The notes: a model not told the origin generated them from the letters alone. Shown: positions 12,231-24,390, counted from the first letter of the whole stretch. The stretch is 63,557 nt of DNA, filler included, from Stramenopiles sp. TOSAG23-6 (GCA_900128565.1; 52 parts of 52 records of this genome joined end to end with filler, not necessarily neighbours in it), one strand, 5' to 3'. A program made the numbers and translations.

Positions 12231-12330
12231 NNNNNNNNNNNNNNNNNNNNNNNNNNNNNNNNNNNNNNNNNNNNTTAATTAATTAANNNNNNNNNNNNNN
12301 NNNNNNNNNNNNNNNNNNNNNNNNNNNNNN

Positions 12331-13460
12331 AGTTAGCTATATCCTCTTGTGGAGATATGTCATCGACAAAGTTAGCTATATCCTCAGTAGTATCGACAGT
12401 TATCTTCATCATGTCAGATTCGGAATTTATACATGTGTTTTCATCTATCGAACTATTCGCTTCATTATCTAGCGAATTTATTAAAGTGGAAATATCTCTT
12501 ACGGCAACATTGGCAAAAAAAGCCGCAGTTTTAACGGCGTATCCAGACTTTGCATTTTGCTGCTGTCTTTTAAAATTAGAATCTACCTCGCGTATAGTTG
12601 CGCGGGATATAAGAGNTGTCAGTTGAGATGTTCGGTTAATGTATCTTTTTTCTAATATATCCCATTGACATTTAATTTTGTGTACAACAGATTTCTTAAT
12701 TTTAGTGCAGGATTGCAATGAACGAAATAAATTGATTTTTACTTTATCGATATTCGATTCAATACTCACACATTGTTCAGTGTAAGTACGCATTGCATTC
12801 TCTAAAAACATAATCTGTTGTTCTATATCTTTGATATAATTCAGTCGGAATTCTTTCATATAGTGCCGATGCACTATAGTCCCTACATCTTCCATAGTCT
12901 GTAGACTGTTGATATTTTCTGTGTGACTTTCCATTGCTGCTTTTGCAGCTGAGGATTTTAAAAGCTTCTCAAGAATTTCACAGCGAAACCTCTCCAATTG
13001 TTGCGGTGCTTCTTCAACTTGAGATAAAAACGATTCATGCTCATCTTCATGCTTATGCATAGGGATACTTCCATGATTAGCATGAAGTGAAGATATTTGA
13101 AATTCTATTCGAAGGAGTCCAGCTTCATGTTTGTGAAAAAATATTTAAAATTTGAAATTCGTTAGGTACGGAATTTTCTATGAAAAAAAAAAGATTTGAA
13201 ATTAATGATGAAAACATACAGCCTTACGGACTCGACTTTCAGCACGACTAACATTTTGTGTTATTTCGTTCAAATCGGTAGTCAAAATATCATCTTCTTC
13301 ATCACTACTCTCGTCAATATCTTCAAAATCAAAAGGAATTTCATTTATATCTTGGTTTATATCTTGGTCGGTAACTGGATCTTCAAAATTATTTATATCT
13401 TGGTGGGTAACTGGATCTTCAAAATTATTTATATCTTGGTGGGTAACTGGATCTTCAAAA
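12331..13460 (-). CDS. Coiled-coil protein fragment, intron 13127-13219 (GT..AT); 36-bp coding repeat at ~13350-13460
   Basis: RVRKA|EAGLLRIEF phase-0 join; the first two downstream AGs are phase 1. Confidence 0.75.
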
Positions 13461-13560
13461 NNNNNNNNNNNNNNNNNNNNNNNNNNNNNNNNNNNNNNNN
13501 NNNNTTAATTAATTAANNNNNNNNNNNNNNNNNNNNNNNNNNNNNNNNNNNNNNNNNNNN

Positions 13561-13946
13561 TTAGCTTGGATGATAAATATGTTAAGGCATATGGTCGAAA
13601 AGGTGCAATTGAATTCTTCTTGAAACGCTACAACCAAGCCATGAAGACCTACCGTCAAGGTTTAGAAATTGATCCTAATGATGCAACTTGTTCTGACGGT
13701 TTACAAAATACCGCTCGTAAGATTCAACAAATGGCATCAACTGGTACTAAAGAAGAACGAGAACAGCAAAGAGCCGAAGCGATGAAAGATCCAGAGATCC
13801 AAGCGTTATTGCGTGATCCAATTCTTCAGGGCGTTTTGGAAGATATGCAAAAAGATCCTCAGAAAGCTGCGAAGCATATGAGAAATCCTAGTATTGCAGA
13901 GAAAATCCAGAAACTAATTGGTGCTGGAATTATTGGTACAGCTTAA
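13561..13946 (+). CDS. STI1: Hsp70/Hsp90-organising protein, C-terminal TPR2B+DP2
   Basis: YVKAYGRKG TPR; AMKDPEIQALLRDP...KIQKLIGAGII. Confidence 0.95.
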
Positions 13947-14107
13947 TATTGAGTTTAATCGTTTGAGTGTAGATTTTTTTTCGATTGGAACCATTACTAT
14001 AAAATTATTTTATGTTTTGTTTTAGATTTTAGAATATTGTATTTTTTGTTTTTGCTACTGTGACATAAGTACATTTTGCTATCGCTGCTGATCATCAACT
14101 CCAAAAA

Positions 14108-14146
14108 CTGAGCAAGAACTGTTACCCGGTAACAGTTCTTGCTCAG
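14108..14146. promoter_or_regulatory. Perfect 19-bp-arm palindrome centred on GTTACCCGGTAAC
   Basis: CTGAGCAAGAACTGTTACC-C-GGTAACAGTTCTTGCTCAG, intergenic. Confidence 0.6.
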
Positions 14147-14488
14147 CGAGGCGAACAACTCATGNNNNNNTCTTCATTTTTTTGGTATAAAATTCCGTAC
14201 CTAACGAATTTTTGTACTTCGAGCCAGTCCATTATTTGTGTACAAAACTGACAAAATTTCCGAAATTTGTGTGAAATTCGGTAAATTTCCGGAAATTTGA
14301 TTTTCTTTTTCGTACCAAATGGTACAAAATAATTTTTTTACCCCTCATGTTTCGTGAAATTTCGTACAAAGTCAGTTCCTCTGAGAGGAACTGAACTGAA
14401 AAATTTCCCTGCATCGACTCGTTTCGCTGCACCATTCTGTATTAACTTACAAACAAAAAGACCTCTTACATAAATCTCTTATTCTACA

Positions 14489-14690
14489 ATGGGAAAACGC
14501 CGTTCTAATCGCAATGCTGTCAAGAAAGTTGCATTAAATGCTAACAAAGACACTACCATCAAATCTTCTGGTGCTGTAGCTGCAACAAACGAAGTTTCTG
14601 GTGAAGCGTCAAAAGTTCACGCTTTGATTCTTGCTGGCGATGCTTCTGCTCTTGCTGAGTTGAGCATTTCTCAAGTTATCGGTGCTGATG
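14489..14690 (+). CDS. Hypothetical protein N-terminus
   Basis: ATG in an A-rich context, biased codon usage. Confidence 0.6.
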
Positions 14691-15117
14691 NNNNNNNNNN
14701 NNNNNNNNNNNNNNNNNNNNNNNNNNNNNNNNNNTTAATTAATTAANNNNNNNNNNNNNNNNNNNNNNNNNNNNNNNNNNNNNNNNNNNNTACTGCCTTA
14801 GGTACAGAATTGACACAAAAAAAAATGGACTGTAATTTCACAAATTGTACTACAGTACAAATGAAGTTTATATAAGATGAAGATTGCAAGTAATCTCAAA
14901 TCATTATCCGCATTGCATTCGTTGTTTGTGTAATCTTTGAAAAAAAAAATATCTTTGAAGTCCTTTGAAGTCCAATTTCATTTCAAATTAAATTTTTCAA
15001 TACTTATGCCTAACTGACCAGTTCGACTTCGACTTCGACTTGACTTCTTATATTTATAAAAATTTATATTTGGAAGTCTTGGTTTTATTTTAGTTACTAA
15101 TTACAGTAGCCCCAGAA

Positions 15118-15919
15118 ATGTCTGGATGGGGATTTAGTGCGTTATCTGACATAGCTTCTCATGCGCAAAACTTAGCCAATCAAGCTATTGTAGAAGGAGG
15201 GAAACTTATGGATGACGTGGACGACGGCCTTGGTGAACCAGATCCAGAAAAAAGTCTAATGTCGCGTGACGAGTTTGAAGCAAAGCTCATGCTTTTCTAC
15301 AAATCACACAACCCTGAACGACTTGCTCAACTACCAGATATAGTTGAAACATACTTGTATCATCAATCGCATCTCAACGCTAGATTAGAAGAACAATACG
15401 GCATGGATTTAACCTCCATTATATTACCCGCTGGAATCACGGAATCGCGTTCACGAGTTAACACAACTTCTTCAGAAAAGTCTGTTGAATCACCGACTTC
15501 AAATTTCGACGAAGAGCGGGCACTTTACACTCAACGGGTGGCTAGTCTCACTAAGCAAATACGATTATTTTCGGATGAAATTAATGAAGCGAATAGTCAA
15601 ATAGAAAAGGTAAAAACAGAAAATACAACGCTGAAAGAACGGATTCAGAAAATAGATGCTAACGGAGGAAGTACAATTTCAAATATAAAGCCTAGTGATA
15701 ATCTTCAATCCAAACGGATTATTGAACAACAAAAACGGGAGATTATTCAGTTAAAGCAACAAATGGGAACAGAATTGGAATCAATTTCAACACTGAAAAC
15801 ACAAAAAGATGAAGCGAACAAAAAGATTAATTCTCTTGAAACACAAAAAGATGAAGCGATCAAAAAGATTAATTCTCTTGAAAGTGATTTGAGACAAAAA
15901 CAAAAAGTCGAAAGAGATT
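15118..15919 (+). CDS. Coiled-coil protein, 3' partial
   Basis: Long ORF, heptad-rich C-terminal part. Confidence 0.8.
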
Positions 15920-16071
15920 NNNNNNNNNNNNNNNNNNNNNNNNNNNNNNNNNNNNNNNNNNNNTTAATTAATTAANNNNNNNNNNNNNNNNNNNNNNNNN
16001 NNNNNNNNNNNNNNNNNNNCAAAATTTCGTACGAAATATAAATAAATTTAAAATTGATCCTGAAAACATAC

Positions 16072-17035
16072 ATGCATTATACCATATCCACCAATTATAC
16101 TGTGAATACTCTGTAATTTGAAATTCAGATGTAGTATTGTATTTTTGATTATCAATTTTTGCACTCCTTATTGAATCTTCTTTGTGTGTATTATATTTTG
16201 AATCTTCTTTGTGTGTATTATATTTTGAATCTTTTACGTGTGTATTATAATTTGAATCTTCTTTGTGTGTATTATATTTTGAATCTTTTACGTGTGTATT
16301 ATTTTCGTCCACTATTTCACTATAAAGAATATTCTTTGGTATACCATTCGCTGGTGCATTTGGGTTAGGTGAGAAGAAAAATAATGAAATTACAAAAAAG
16401 CAAGTCGAAAACCAAGCAATATAAAGATTCCAATTAGGTATATCATATACATTGACAACAACTAGAGGCGCAATGATATAAGTCATTGCAACACCGACCG
16501 TATTTGAATTAACTGCACATGATGTCGCAAATGTTCTTTCTGATGGGTGAAACCAAATACGTGAAAGAAGTGCAGGTGAATTTACAAACATTGGCTGTGC
16601 CAATGCTGCGATAAATTGACCAAGTACAAGGATAAAAGCTTGATTATATCCATCCCAATAACAAGCTGCAAACCTTAACCAAGCGCCCGTGGATTGAAGA
16701 CCAGCACCATATAAAACACACCTCCGAAGACCATATTTATCTAAAGCCCATGATCCAATAAAACTCATTGGCAAATACATAATAAAATACACAGTTACAA
16801 GTAATGTGCAATGAACTGCAAAGTATCGTAAAGCAAGAGTTGTTATCGGAGCATATGAAAAACATATTGCATTATTTGTAGCAGACAGAAGCGAAAATAA
16901 CGTCAACACTAACCACCGATCTGTATACACTTTTGGTGCACTCACAAAAGAAGAACAACTTTCCGAACGACCTATTACAACTTTTTTTGATGCACTTATA
17001 GACTGACGCTCAAAGCTCCCATATTTATTGAACAT
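16072..17035 (-). CDS. MFS transporter, FLVCR/SLC49-like, exon 1 (donor AT|GTATGT at 16071)
   Basis: VYTDRWLVL, WALDKYGLR, GQFIAALAQP, WFHPSERTFATS. Confidence 0.9.
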
Positions 17036-17480
17036 TTTGTTACTACTCTCGGTATATATAATATGAATCGTGTGATATCATATAGTAATATCTCGAGCGT
17101 TTTTCTTTTTCTGTGGCTGTATTCTTAAGTTTAGCTTTTTGGTTTAGGNNNNNNNNNNNNNNNNNNNNNNNNNNNNNNNNNNNNNNNNNNNNTTAATTAA
17201 TTAANNNNNNNNNNNNNNNNNNNNNNNNNNNNNNNNNNNNNNNNNNNNAATTTTTTGAAAGATGTAGAAATTATTCGATTCGAAATTCAGTTGTCAATAT
17301 TTCGGAACAAAACTGCTTGTTTTTTTGACACAGTCTTTTCTCTTAGTTGAATAATTGATCAGCTGACTCAGGAACTACCTATAACCATGTGTTGTTGTTG
17401 TTGTTCGTTTTGGTGTGCGCACAATAATCAGTAAACAAATTGGCACACTACTACGTATAACTAATTACTCTCATAACAAA

Positions 17481-18230
17481 ATGATACGGTTTATATTATG
17501 TACAATGTTACTTTTATCTCAAAATGTATTTCATATTGAAGTTGAAGCAGCATCATCAAGCCCTGTAGCAGCTACAGATAACAGTCCTACTACTCTCCCC
17601 TTCACAGAACTCATGCAACTTTTACAAGCCCCACAACAGGGAGTTGGTAGCAATAGAGTAACAGACTATCTATCTCATGATTCGATTGGATTGAGGGGGG
17701 CTTCAAGAGCTTTTCAAGATGTTCAGTACTCTACGTGGGCGATAAACGACCCAACAAATAAATTCCTTTACCAGGCTGCCGGGGAGGGAGACACAGAGAA
17801 AGTCAATTTGTTNTTGAAAATTGGTGCTAATGTCAACGCGACTATTGGAAGCCGACAAACCGCATTGTATATTGCTTCAGAGGAAGGTCATGAAGAAGTA
17901 GTCCGAGTTCTTCTTGATAAAGGTGCTAATGTCAATCAGGCTGATGAATTCGGATGTACTCCATTGTGGATTGCTTCATCTCAAGGTTCTGAAGGAGTAG
18001 TTGAAAGACTCATTGCTGCTGATGCTGATGTCAATCAGCCTAGCTGCTGCGGAACTACACCATTGACGGCTGCTTCACAGAATGGTCATGAGGGAGTAGT
18101 TCGAGTACTCATTGATCATGGTGCTAATGTAAGTCAGGCTGATGACGGATATACTCCATTGCATTTTGCTTCATTGTATGGTCATGCGGGAGTAATTCAA
18201 CTACTTGAAGATGCTGGTGCGATTGCTTAA
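17481..18230 (+). CDS. Ankyrin-repeat protein with N-terminal signal-peptide-like segment
   Basis: MIRFILCTMLLL...; about five ankyrin repeats. Confidence 0.85.
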   Translation: MIRFILCTMLLLSQNVFHIEVEAASSSPVAATDNSPTTLPFTELMQLLQAPQQGVGSNRVTDYLSHDSIGLRGASRAFQDVQYSTWAINDPTNKFLYQAAGEGDTEKVNLXLKIGANVNATIGSRQTALYIASEEGHEEVVRVLLDKGANVNQADEFGCTPLWIASSQGSEGVVERLIAADADVNQPSCCGTTPLTAASQNGHEGVVRVLIDHGANVSQADDGYTPLHFASLYGHAGVIQLLEDAGAIA

Positions 18231-19022
18231 GCAGGTGAAGATGGACCATGAATGATGAAGAAAATATTTTCAAAAGTATACAGCATTGCTAAAAGTTGAA
18301 AAGATTCAATATGGAGATCAAGATATTGTGAAACTACTTTTCCATTCAAGAAAAGTTCTTTGATGTGTTGATATGTTNNNNNNNNNNNNNNNNNNNNNNN
18401 NNNNNNNNNNNNNNNNNNNNNTTAATTAATTAANNNNNNNNNNNNNNNNNNNNNNNNNNNNNNNNNNNNNNNNNNNNTCTTCATTTTGAGTCGTATAAGA
18501 GGAGGAGGTGGTGTTTTAGATTAGTTTTATATGTAGTAGGAAAGAGTTAAGATGAATTTCAATTGAATTTTTCAACGACCGAGGATATATATTTTTGAAA
18601 ATTTGTTAGGTACAACATTTCGTACGAAAAAAAACAAATTAAAGGTAATTTTATAAATCGGAAATCGCCGACCGGCGTCAAAAAAAAGAATCCTTATTTT
18701 TTATTTCTTTTTTGTATAATATAATATTCTTTCATAAATAACATTTATTTTTTTGTTATTTTTGTAGTATGTATGGACAACCACCATACATTCATTTAGT
18801 TAAGGTCCCTATATTATATAATCTCAAATCGTCCGTTAATATTTTTTTCCAAAATAAATACTTCGGATCATAAAAGTTGATCGATCGATAATCAGCCGGT
18901 CAGTCAAAAAAAAATAGAGCAAAAATCCAAAAATAGAAATAAGGTAAACAAGAGAACCTCCTAAGCTACAGTAGATTAAGTATTTCATACTCACTTGAAT
19001 GTAATATAGACTTTTGAACAAC

Positions 19023-19605
19023 ATGGAGTCATCGCCTGCGTGGTTTCATGGGTATGCATCTGAAGCAGAGTCTCGACAAATCCTACAGTCTCAACCGTCT
19101 GGGACTTTTTTGGTTCGATTGTCTCATTCCAGGCGCAATTGTCTATTGCTTTTGTTTGTAAATTCTATGTGCTCCGTTGAACGATATAAGATTCAACGAG
19201 TATATGATACTCATAAAAGTATGCAATATAGAATTGACCCGCTTGCGTTTCATGGACATGGTTCTGATATTATAGAAACTTCTGTCGTCGGCTTAATACA
19301 CCAACACATGCAAATAGGTAATTTATCTATACCTCTACCAAAACCAGAGAAAGACTCTTCTTTTGCTTATTTTTTAGAGAGTCATGGTCGTAATTGGTTT
19401 CATGGTTTTCTCCGTTATGAGGAAGCTATTAAGTGCTTACAACACAAACAACCAGGCTCTTTTCTATTACGATTTTCAGAGTCACAACCTGGGGCATTAG
19501 TCATTGTTTGGACGTCTCAAGACAATTCGTCTCAAAAAGTACAACAAACAATTGCCAAAAATATGTCAACAAAACTCTTACAATCCTCCTCTCAAAAAGA
19601 ATCGT
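19023..19605 (+). CDS. Tandem SH2-domain protein, 3' partial
   Basis: WFHG...GTFLVRLS and WFHG...GSFLLRFSES. Confidence 0.9.
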
Positions 19606-19758
19606 NNNNNNNNNNNNNNNNNNNNNNNNNNNNNNNNNNNNNNNNNNNNTTAATTAATTAANNNNNNNNNNNNNNNNNNNNNNNNNNNNNNNNNNNNNNN
19701 NNNNNCGTNTTAACCATTTTNTTTTTTTTTTTACCTTTACGTTACTAAGATACAATAT

Positions 19759-20415
19759 TTATACTACTTCAGTATTTTGACAAGTGAAATCATCGACGAC
19801 GGTAATCGAAGTATGATTTTTATTCGATTGTACATTATCTTTGATGATGGTATTTCTACACACTATATCAAACCCTACAGTCATATTGTTCAACTCAAGA
19901 CTCGTTTGTTTTTCAAGATTTATTCTTTTAACTCGTCTTCTTTCATCTTGAATTTCTTTTTGGGTAGTATTTCTATATGTTGGATTGTTTGATTTTAGTA
20001 GAATCGTGTTATTAGGACTATTTTTTCTATTTTCAAAGTTAACTTTAACTTTCTCTTTTACATTTTCAACGCTTTCAAAATGGCTCAAATTGTAAGAAAA
20101 TACACGAAATAACCAAAATGAACAAATGGAATCCCACCAAGCATCCTCTTCCGCAATGGATTTTAAAATAGATGATATATGGAGTTTTGCTATTTTGTGG
20201 TCCACTGGTTTTTCACTGCCGTGGACTCTCGACCATATTGTAGGTGATTGAGTAGCAAGTGACTGTTTCAATTGTACACTTTTCATTAAGTTTTCTTTGG
20301 CAAAAACTTTTGCCTGCCTCGTATTTTCTCCAAGGGCTTTACTTGCCTTTTTATGTGCCTTTCGACGACGTCGATTTGTATATTTCTGACGTCTTACGGG
20401 AAACAACGGCTTCAT
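19759..20415 (-). CDS. Hypothetical basic protein
   Basis: 218-aa ORF only. Confidence 0.45.
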   Translation of the reverse strand: MKPLFPVRRQKYTNRRRRKAHKKASKALGENTRQAKVFAKENLMKSVQLKQSLATQSPTIWSRVHGSEKPVDHKIAKLHISSILKSIAEEDAWWDSICSFWLFRVFSYNLSHFESVENVKEKVKVNFENRKNSPNNTILLKSNNPTYRNTTQKEIQDERRRVKRINLEKQTSLELNNMTVGFDIVCRNTIIKDNVQSNKNHTSITVVDDFTCQNTEVV

Positions 20416-21279
20416 TGATGAGTTTGGAACTTTCTGGTGGTTTATTCTTCTTGTGTCAAAAAATATTTGCTAGTCAAAAAACCTGTAACTGTTTCGGTTT
20501 CAGCGATTTCAGCTTGTTACCGGGTAATATCGAAAAAATCTCAAATGATTTCAATGATTTCAAAATGAATTTTGAGAGCAGACACAAATAAATATATAAA
20601 TATAAATGCAACCAGAAGCAGAGAAGCAGAATTGGATACGAAACGATTTTTTATTTTTATTCTTCAAAGAAAAAGATTTTTTATTCTTCAAACGAGAACA
20701 TTTCTTACGCAAAATGTTCTTTCTCCAAATGTTCAGTTTTTTCTGTTTTTTCTGAATCGACAACACGTTTACCAGCGATGACGACAGCAGGAATTGTAGT
20801 CACCCCTGCGCCTGCAACAGCCAAGGCCATGCNNNNNNNNNNNNNNNNNNNNNNNNNNNNNNNNNNNNNNNNNNNNTTAATTAATTAANNNNNNNNNNNN
20901 NNNNNNNNNNNNNNNNNNNNNNNNNNNNNNNNAAACAAGCATTTTCATGAAATCAATCAATGTGTGTTTTGTGTTATAACAAGAGACAAGACAAGACCAG
21001 AGAGTGAAATTTGACACAGTTCGATCTTCGACGTGGACATTAGAAAAAAACACGAAATTTATTAGTAAATACTATCGGGCGGTTAATTAATTATAGCAAA
21101 TATGACATTAAACGGCCAAATCACACGAACTCTGTTTGATTCCTTGCATAGCAAAAAATCATTTTATCAATAGGTCTGATGTCTGTCAATGACTGGGTTG
21201 TTTTCGTTTGTTTGTTTTCTTAATAAAATACTATTAAAGTAAAAAGCCTTTACTGTTTTATATCGTATATTCTTTAAAA

Positions 21280-22058
21280 ATGTCTCTCGCCTTTACAAGT
21301 CTACCACCTGCAGAAGCAGCCGAGGTTGTGGATGACAACCAAGGTAAACCGCTTTGTTTTGCTTCGGAGAGTCGTAATGTTGGAGAAGATGAAAAACTTC
21401 TCGCTGTTGATTTTCCTTCAGGAAATCGTCGAGTTGAAGAAGCTGAAGGTATTGTTGTCAATGAAGATAGCAATGCCGATGCTGACGACGTCTTTAACGG
21501 CAACTTCATTGAAGTGAACAAGCAAAGGTCGTGCCCCAATGAGTCAAGAGTGTTGAATGGCCTGAAAGTGGTCGCCACCCATTCTTCCCCCTCTTCGCCC
21601 CCTTCTTCCCTTCCTTCTTCGCCTCGTGTAGATGAAGCAGCCACGACTTCTGATACCTCCGCGAATTCAAGAAAGCGATGTCGTGTAGAGGAAGAGCCGT
21701 CGAAGGAAGCGAAGAAGCCAAAGACGAATTCAGTCTGGACTGATTGGGAAGATGACCTAGTGAGATGGGGAGTAAAAACGTTTGGGAAAAAATGGACTCC
21801 GATGTGTAAGGCCATTCTCAAAGTTAATCCTTCTTTTTCTAAAACTGTCCGCCAATGTACGTCTTCATCATTCAAAATTTATGTTTCTTTTTGTATCAAA
21901 CTTTTGAGTGTAATAATATTTCTGATCAATTTCTATTTTTTTTACAAGTACAGGTAGATGTCGCTGGAAGAGACATTTAGATCCGTCGCTAAAGCCGTCG
22001 TCGAAGCAAGCGAAGAAGCCAAAGACGAAATCAGGCGCGAAGAAGCCAAAGACGAAAT
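21280..22058 (+). CDS. Myb/SANT-domain protein; canonical GT-AG intron 21857-21953
   Basis: WTDWEDDLV...FGKKW...KTVRQ|CRCRWKRHLDP after splicing. Confidence 0.9.
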
Positions 22059-22218
22059 NNNNNNNNNNNNNNNNNNNNNNNNNNNNNNNNNNNNNNNNNN
22101 NNTTAATTAATTAANNNNNNNNNNNNNNNNNNNNNNNNNNNNNNNNNNNNNNNNNNNNTACTTCTTCAATAATTGATTCTTCTAATATTTTTCCACTTTG
22201 AGTACTTAGTTTTCAACA

Positions 22219-22962
22219 ATGGATGATTCGAATTCGCGTGAGCGAGTGATGCTGGCAGTTGATATATCTAGTGAAATGATGGATAAAACATGTGCTCGAC
22301 CTGGTGATCCCTTAAACCAGGATCGACTGGTCCGTCGAATTAACATTGTGAAAGACGCTCTGTTGCGTTTTGTTGAATTAAAAAGTAAATTTAACCCGTT
22401 ACATTTATTCGGTCTCTGTGTTCTCACCGACACCGTAGAGGTGATACAAGATTATACGTCTAATATTGGAGCTTTTAAGCAATGTATAAAGAATATTTGC
22501 GTAGATACTTCTTGTGGTAAAAACCTTACACTAGATTTTGAAAAACTCTTTTTGAACCCTATCATACATTCAGAAGAAACATCTAGAATAACCCACCTAG
22601 TAATAGTTTATGGACGTTCTTACGAATTACCATCATTGTCGAATCGTGAGTTATGTCGCAACGTTATTGATAGTCGTAATTTTTTTTTTGATATTATTTA
22701 TCTTCATGCTCCAAAAAATATACATCTCAAACAATCGACTGATTTAGCCCCATATCAAAATAGACCAAAAAGAGTATGTCAGGAGGTGTATGATTTTTTG
22801 AGTGATTTAGAAAGTCATCGTATAGAAAAGGATGGCATATCGTATTTTTTTGAGATGGCAACTAATGGGGAAAAACTTTTACGAAGCTTCGCCTTGTGTT
22901 TGAGTAGTCCAAAACAACGAAAACCTCAACATGAGCTTGAATACCGTGAATATTCTGTATAG
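22219..22962 (+). CDS. BABAM1: BRISC/BRCA1-A subunit MERIT40-like vWA protein
   Basis: ERVMLAVDISSEM, FVELKSKFNPLHLF, IVYGRS, FFFDIIYLH, CQEVYD, PKQRKPQ. Confidence 0.8.
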   Translation: MDDSNSRERVMLAVDISSEMMDKTCARPGDPLNQDRLVRRINIVKDALLRFVELKSKFNPLHLFGLCVLTDTVEVIQDYTSNIGAFKQCIKNICVDTSCGKNLTLDFEKLFLNPIIHSEETSRITHLVIVYGRSYELPSLSNRELCRNVIDSRNFFFDIIYLHAPKNIHLKQSTDLAPYQNRPKRVCQEVYDFLSDLESHRIEKDGISYFFEMATNGEKLLRSFALCLSSPKQRKPQHELEYREYSV

Positions 22963-23177
22963 AAATGTTTATTTTCAATAAATGAAGTATGAAAGTAGAA
23001 TATAACTGTATACTAATTTGTATCTACCTACTATAAGAAAATCACTTTTATTATTTTGATGTAGAAGCATGTTGTAAAATTTATATTCAAATTATAATGA
23101 AAAATTTGGAATAGGTATGAAAAAGTAATATAAAAATAATCATATACCTCTATTAAAATAATGATCTATTCTGTGTC

Positions 23178-23284
23178 TCATTCTGTGGCACAATATCGCT
23201 CTGTCCATAACTTTGCTGTTGCATCATGCTTGGCACGATCTTTCAGATATTCATCTGTAACTGTCTGAACGAGCGGATCAGCGG
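23178..23284 (-). CDS. Ubiquitin-conjugating enzyme E2, C-terminus
   Basis: Manual translation ADPLVQTVTDEYLKDRAKHDATAKLWTERYC. Confidence 0.8.
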
Positions 23285-23384
23285 NNNNNNNNNNNNNNNN
23301 NNNNNNNNNNNNNNNNNNNNNNNNNNNNTTAATTAATTAANNNNNNNNNNNNNNNNNNNNNNNNNNNNNNNNNNNNNNNNNNNN

Positions 23385-24390
23385 CGAAGAGAAAATGATT
23401 TGGTAGACAGTCGTGGTAAGCAAGGTAGCTATGAATGGTCACCCGCAAAAGTTACACAAACACATGTCTTACAACATTCTGTTGCATATAGTCTTGAATT
23501 TGAATCTGGAAGATTTGAGGGTAGAATCCCCAGTGAATTTGTTCGGTCCCGTGTCATAACAACGAAAGGTCTATGGAGTAAAACAAAATCTAGTGTTGGT
23601 ATGGGTGATCACGTCATAGCAGCACTACATGAAAAGAATAAGAAAGATAAAATGAACTCCAAAATTCAGAATGAAACAAAAGCAGAAAAAAATTCAGACA
23701 ATACAAAAAATATAAACAATGTAACACTTCAAAAAGGATTGAAAAAGATGAAAACTACACTGTTTTTTCATAAACGAAATAATCAAATAACTGCACCCGT
23801 TGATAGTACAGCAAGCAGTGAGAAACAGCAGACCTGTTTTGAACAAAAGAAGTCTCGTCATGAGAAACAAAGTAAATTAGCTAAATTAGGCAATATATCA
23901 AAATTAAAATCAAGTAACCATAGAATTGGCAATAAAAATGAAAACNNNNNNNNNNNNNNNNNNNNNNNNNNNNNNNNNNNNNNNNNNNNNNNNNNNNNNN
24001 NNNNNNNNNNNNNNNNNNNNNNNNNNNNNNNNNNNNNNNNNNNAAAAAGATATACAAAGTGAGACAAAATTGATAAAAGTAAATAATGAAACAAAAAACA
24101 GTAAAAGTGGAAAAAATAATGAAACAAAAATCGAAAACAAAAAGAAAAGTAGATTACTAAAGTTACAAAATCTGAAAAAGCTTCATGCTAATAATGTAAA
24201 TACAAATAATAATAATAAACAACAAGAAAGATATACACAAAAAACATCAAACACTGACAATGAAATAAATATTCAAAAGAATCAACGGAAATTGTTTCGA
24301 CTTGCAAAAAGAAAAGAAACGAAAAGATTCATCAACGATACTGTTCGAAATGATTTCCATAGAAAGTTTCTAGCAAAGTACATGCAATAA
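23385..24390 (+). CDS. K/N-rich protein with Tudor/Agenet-like segment and Cwc15-like C-terminus (internal N gap)
   Basis: WSPAKV...YSLEFESG...IPSEFVR; terminal KRFINDTVRNDFHRKFLAKYMQ. Confidence 0.6.
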
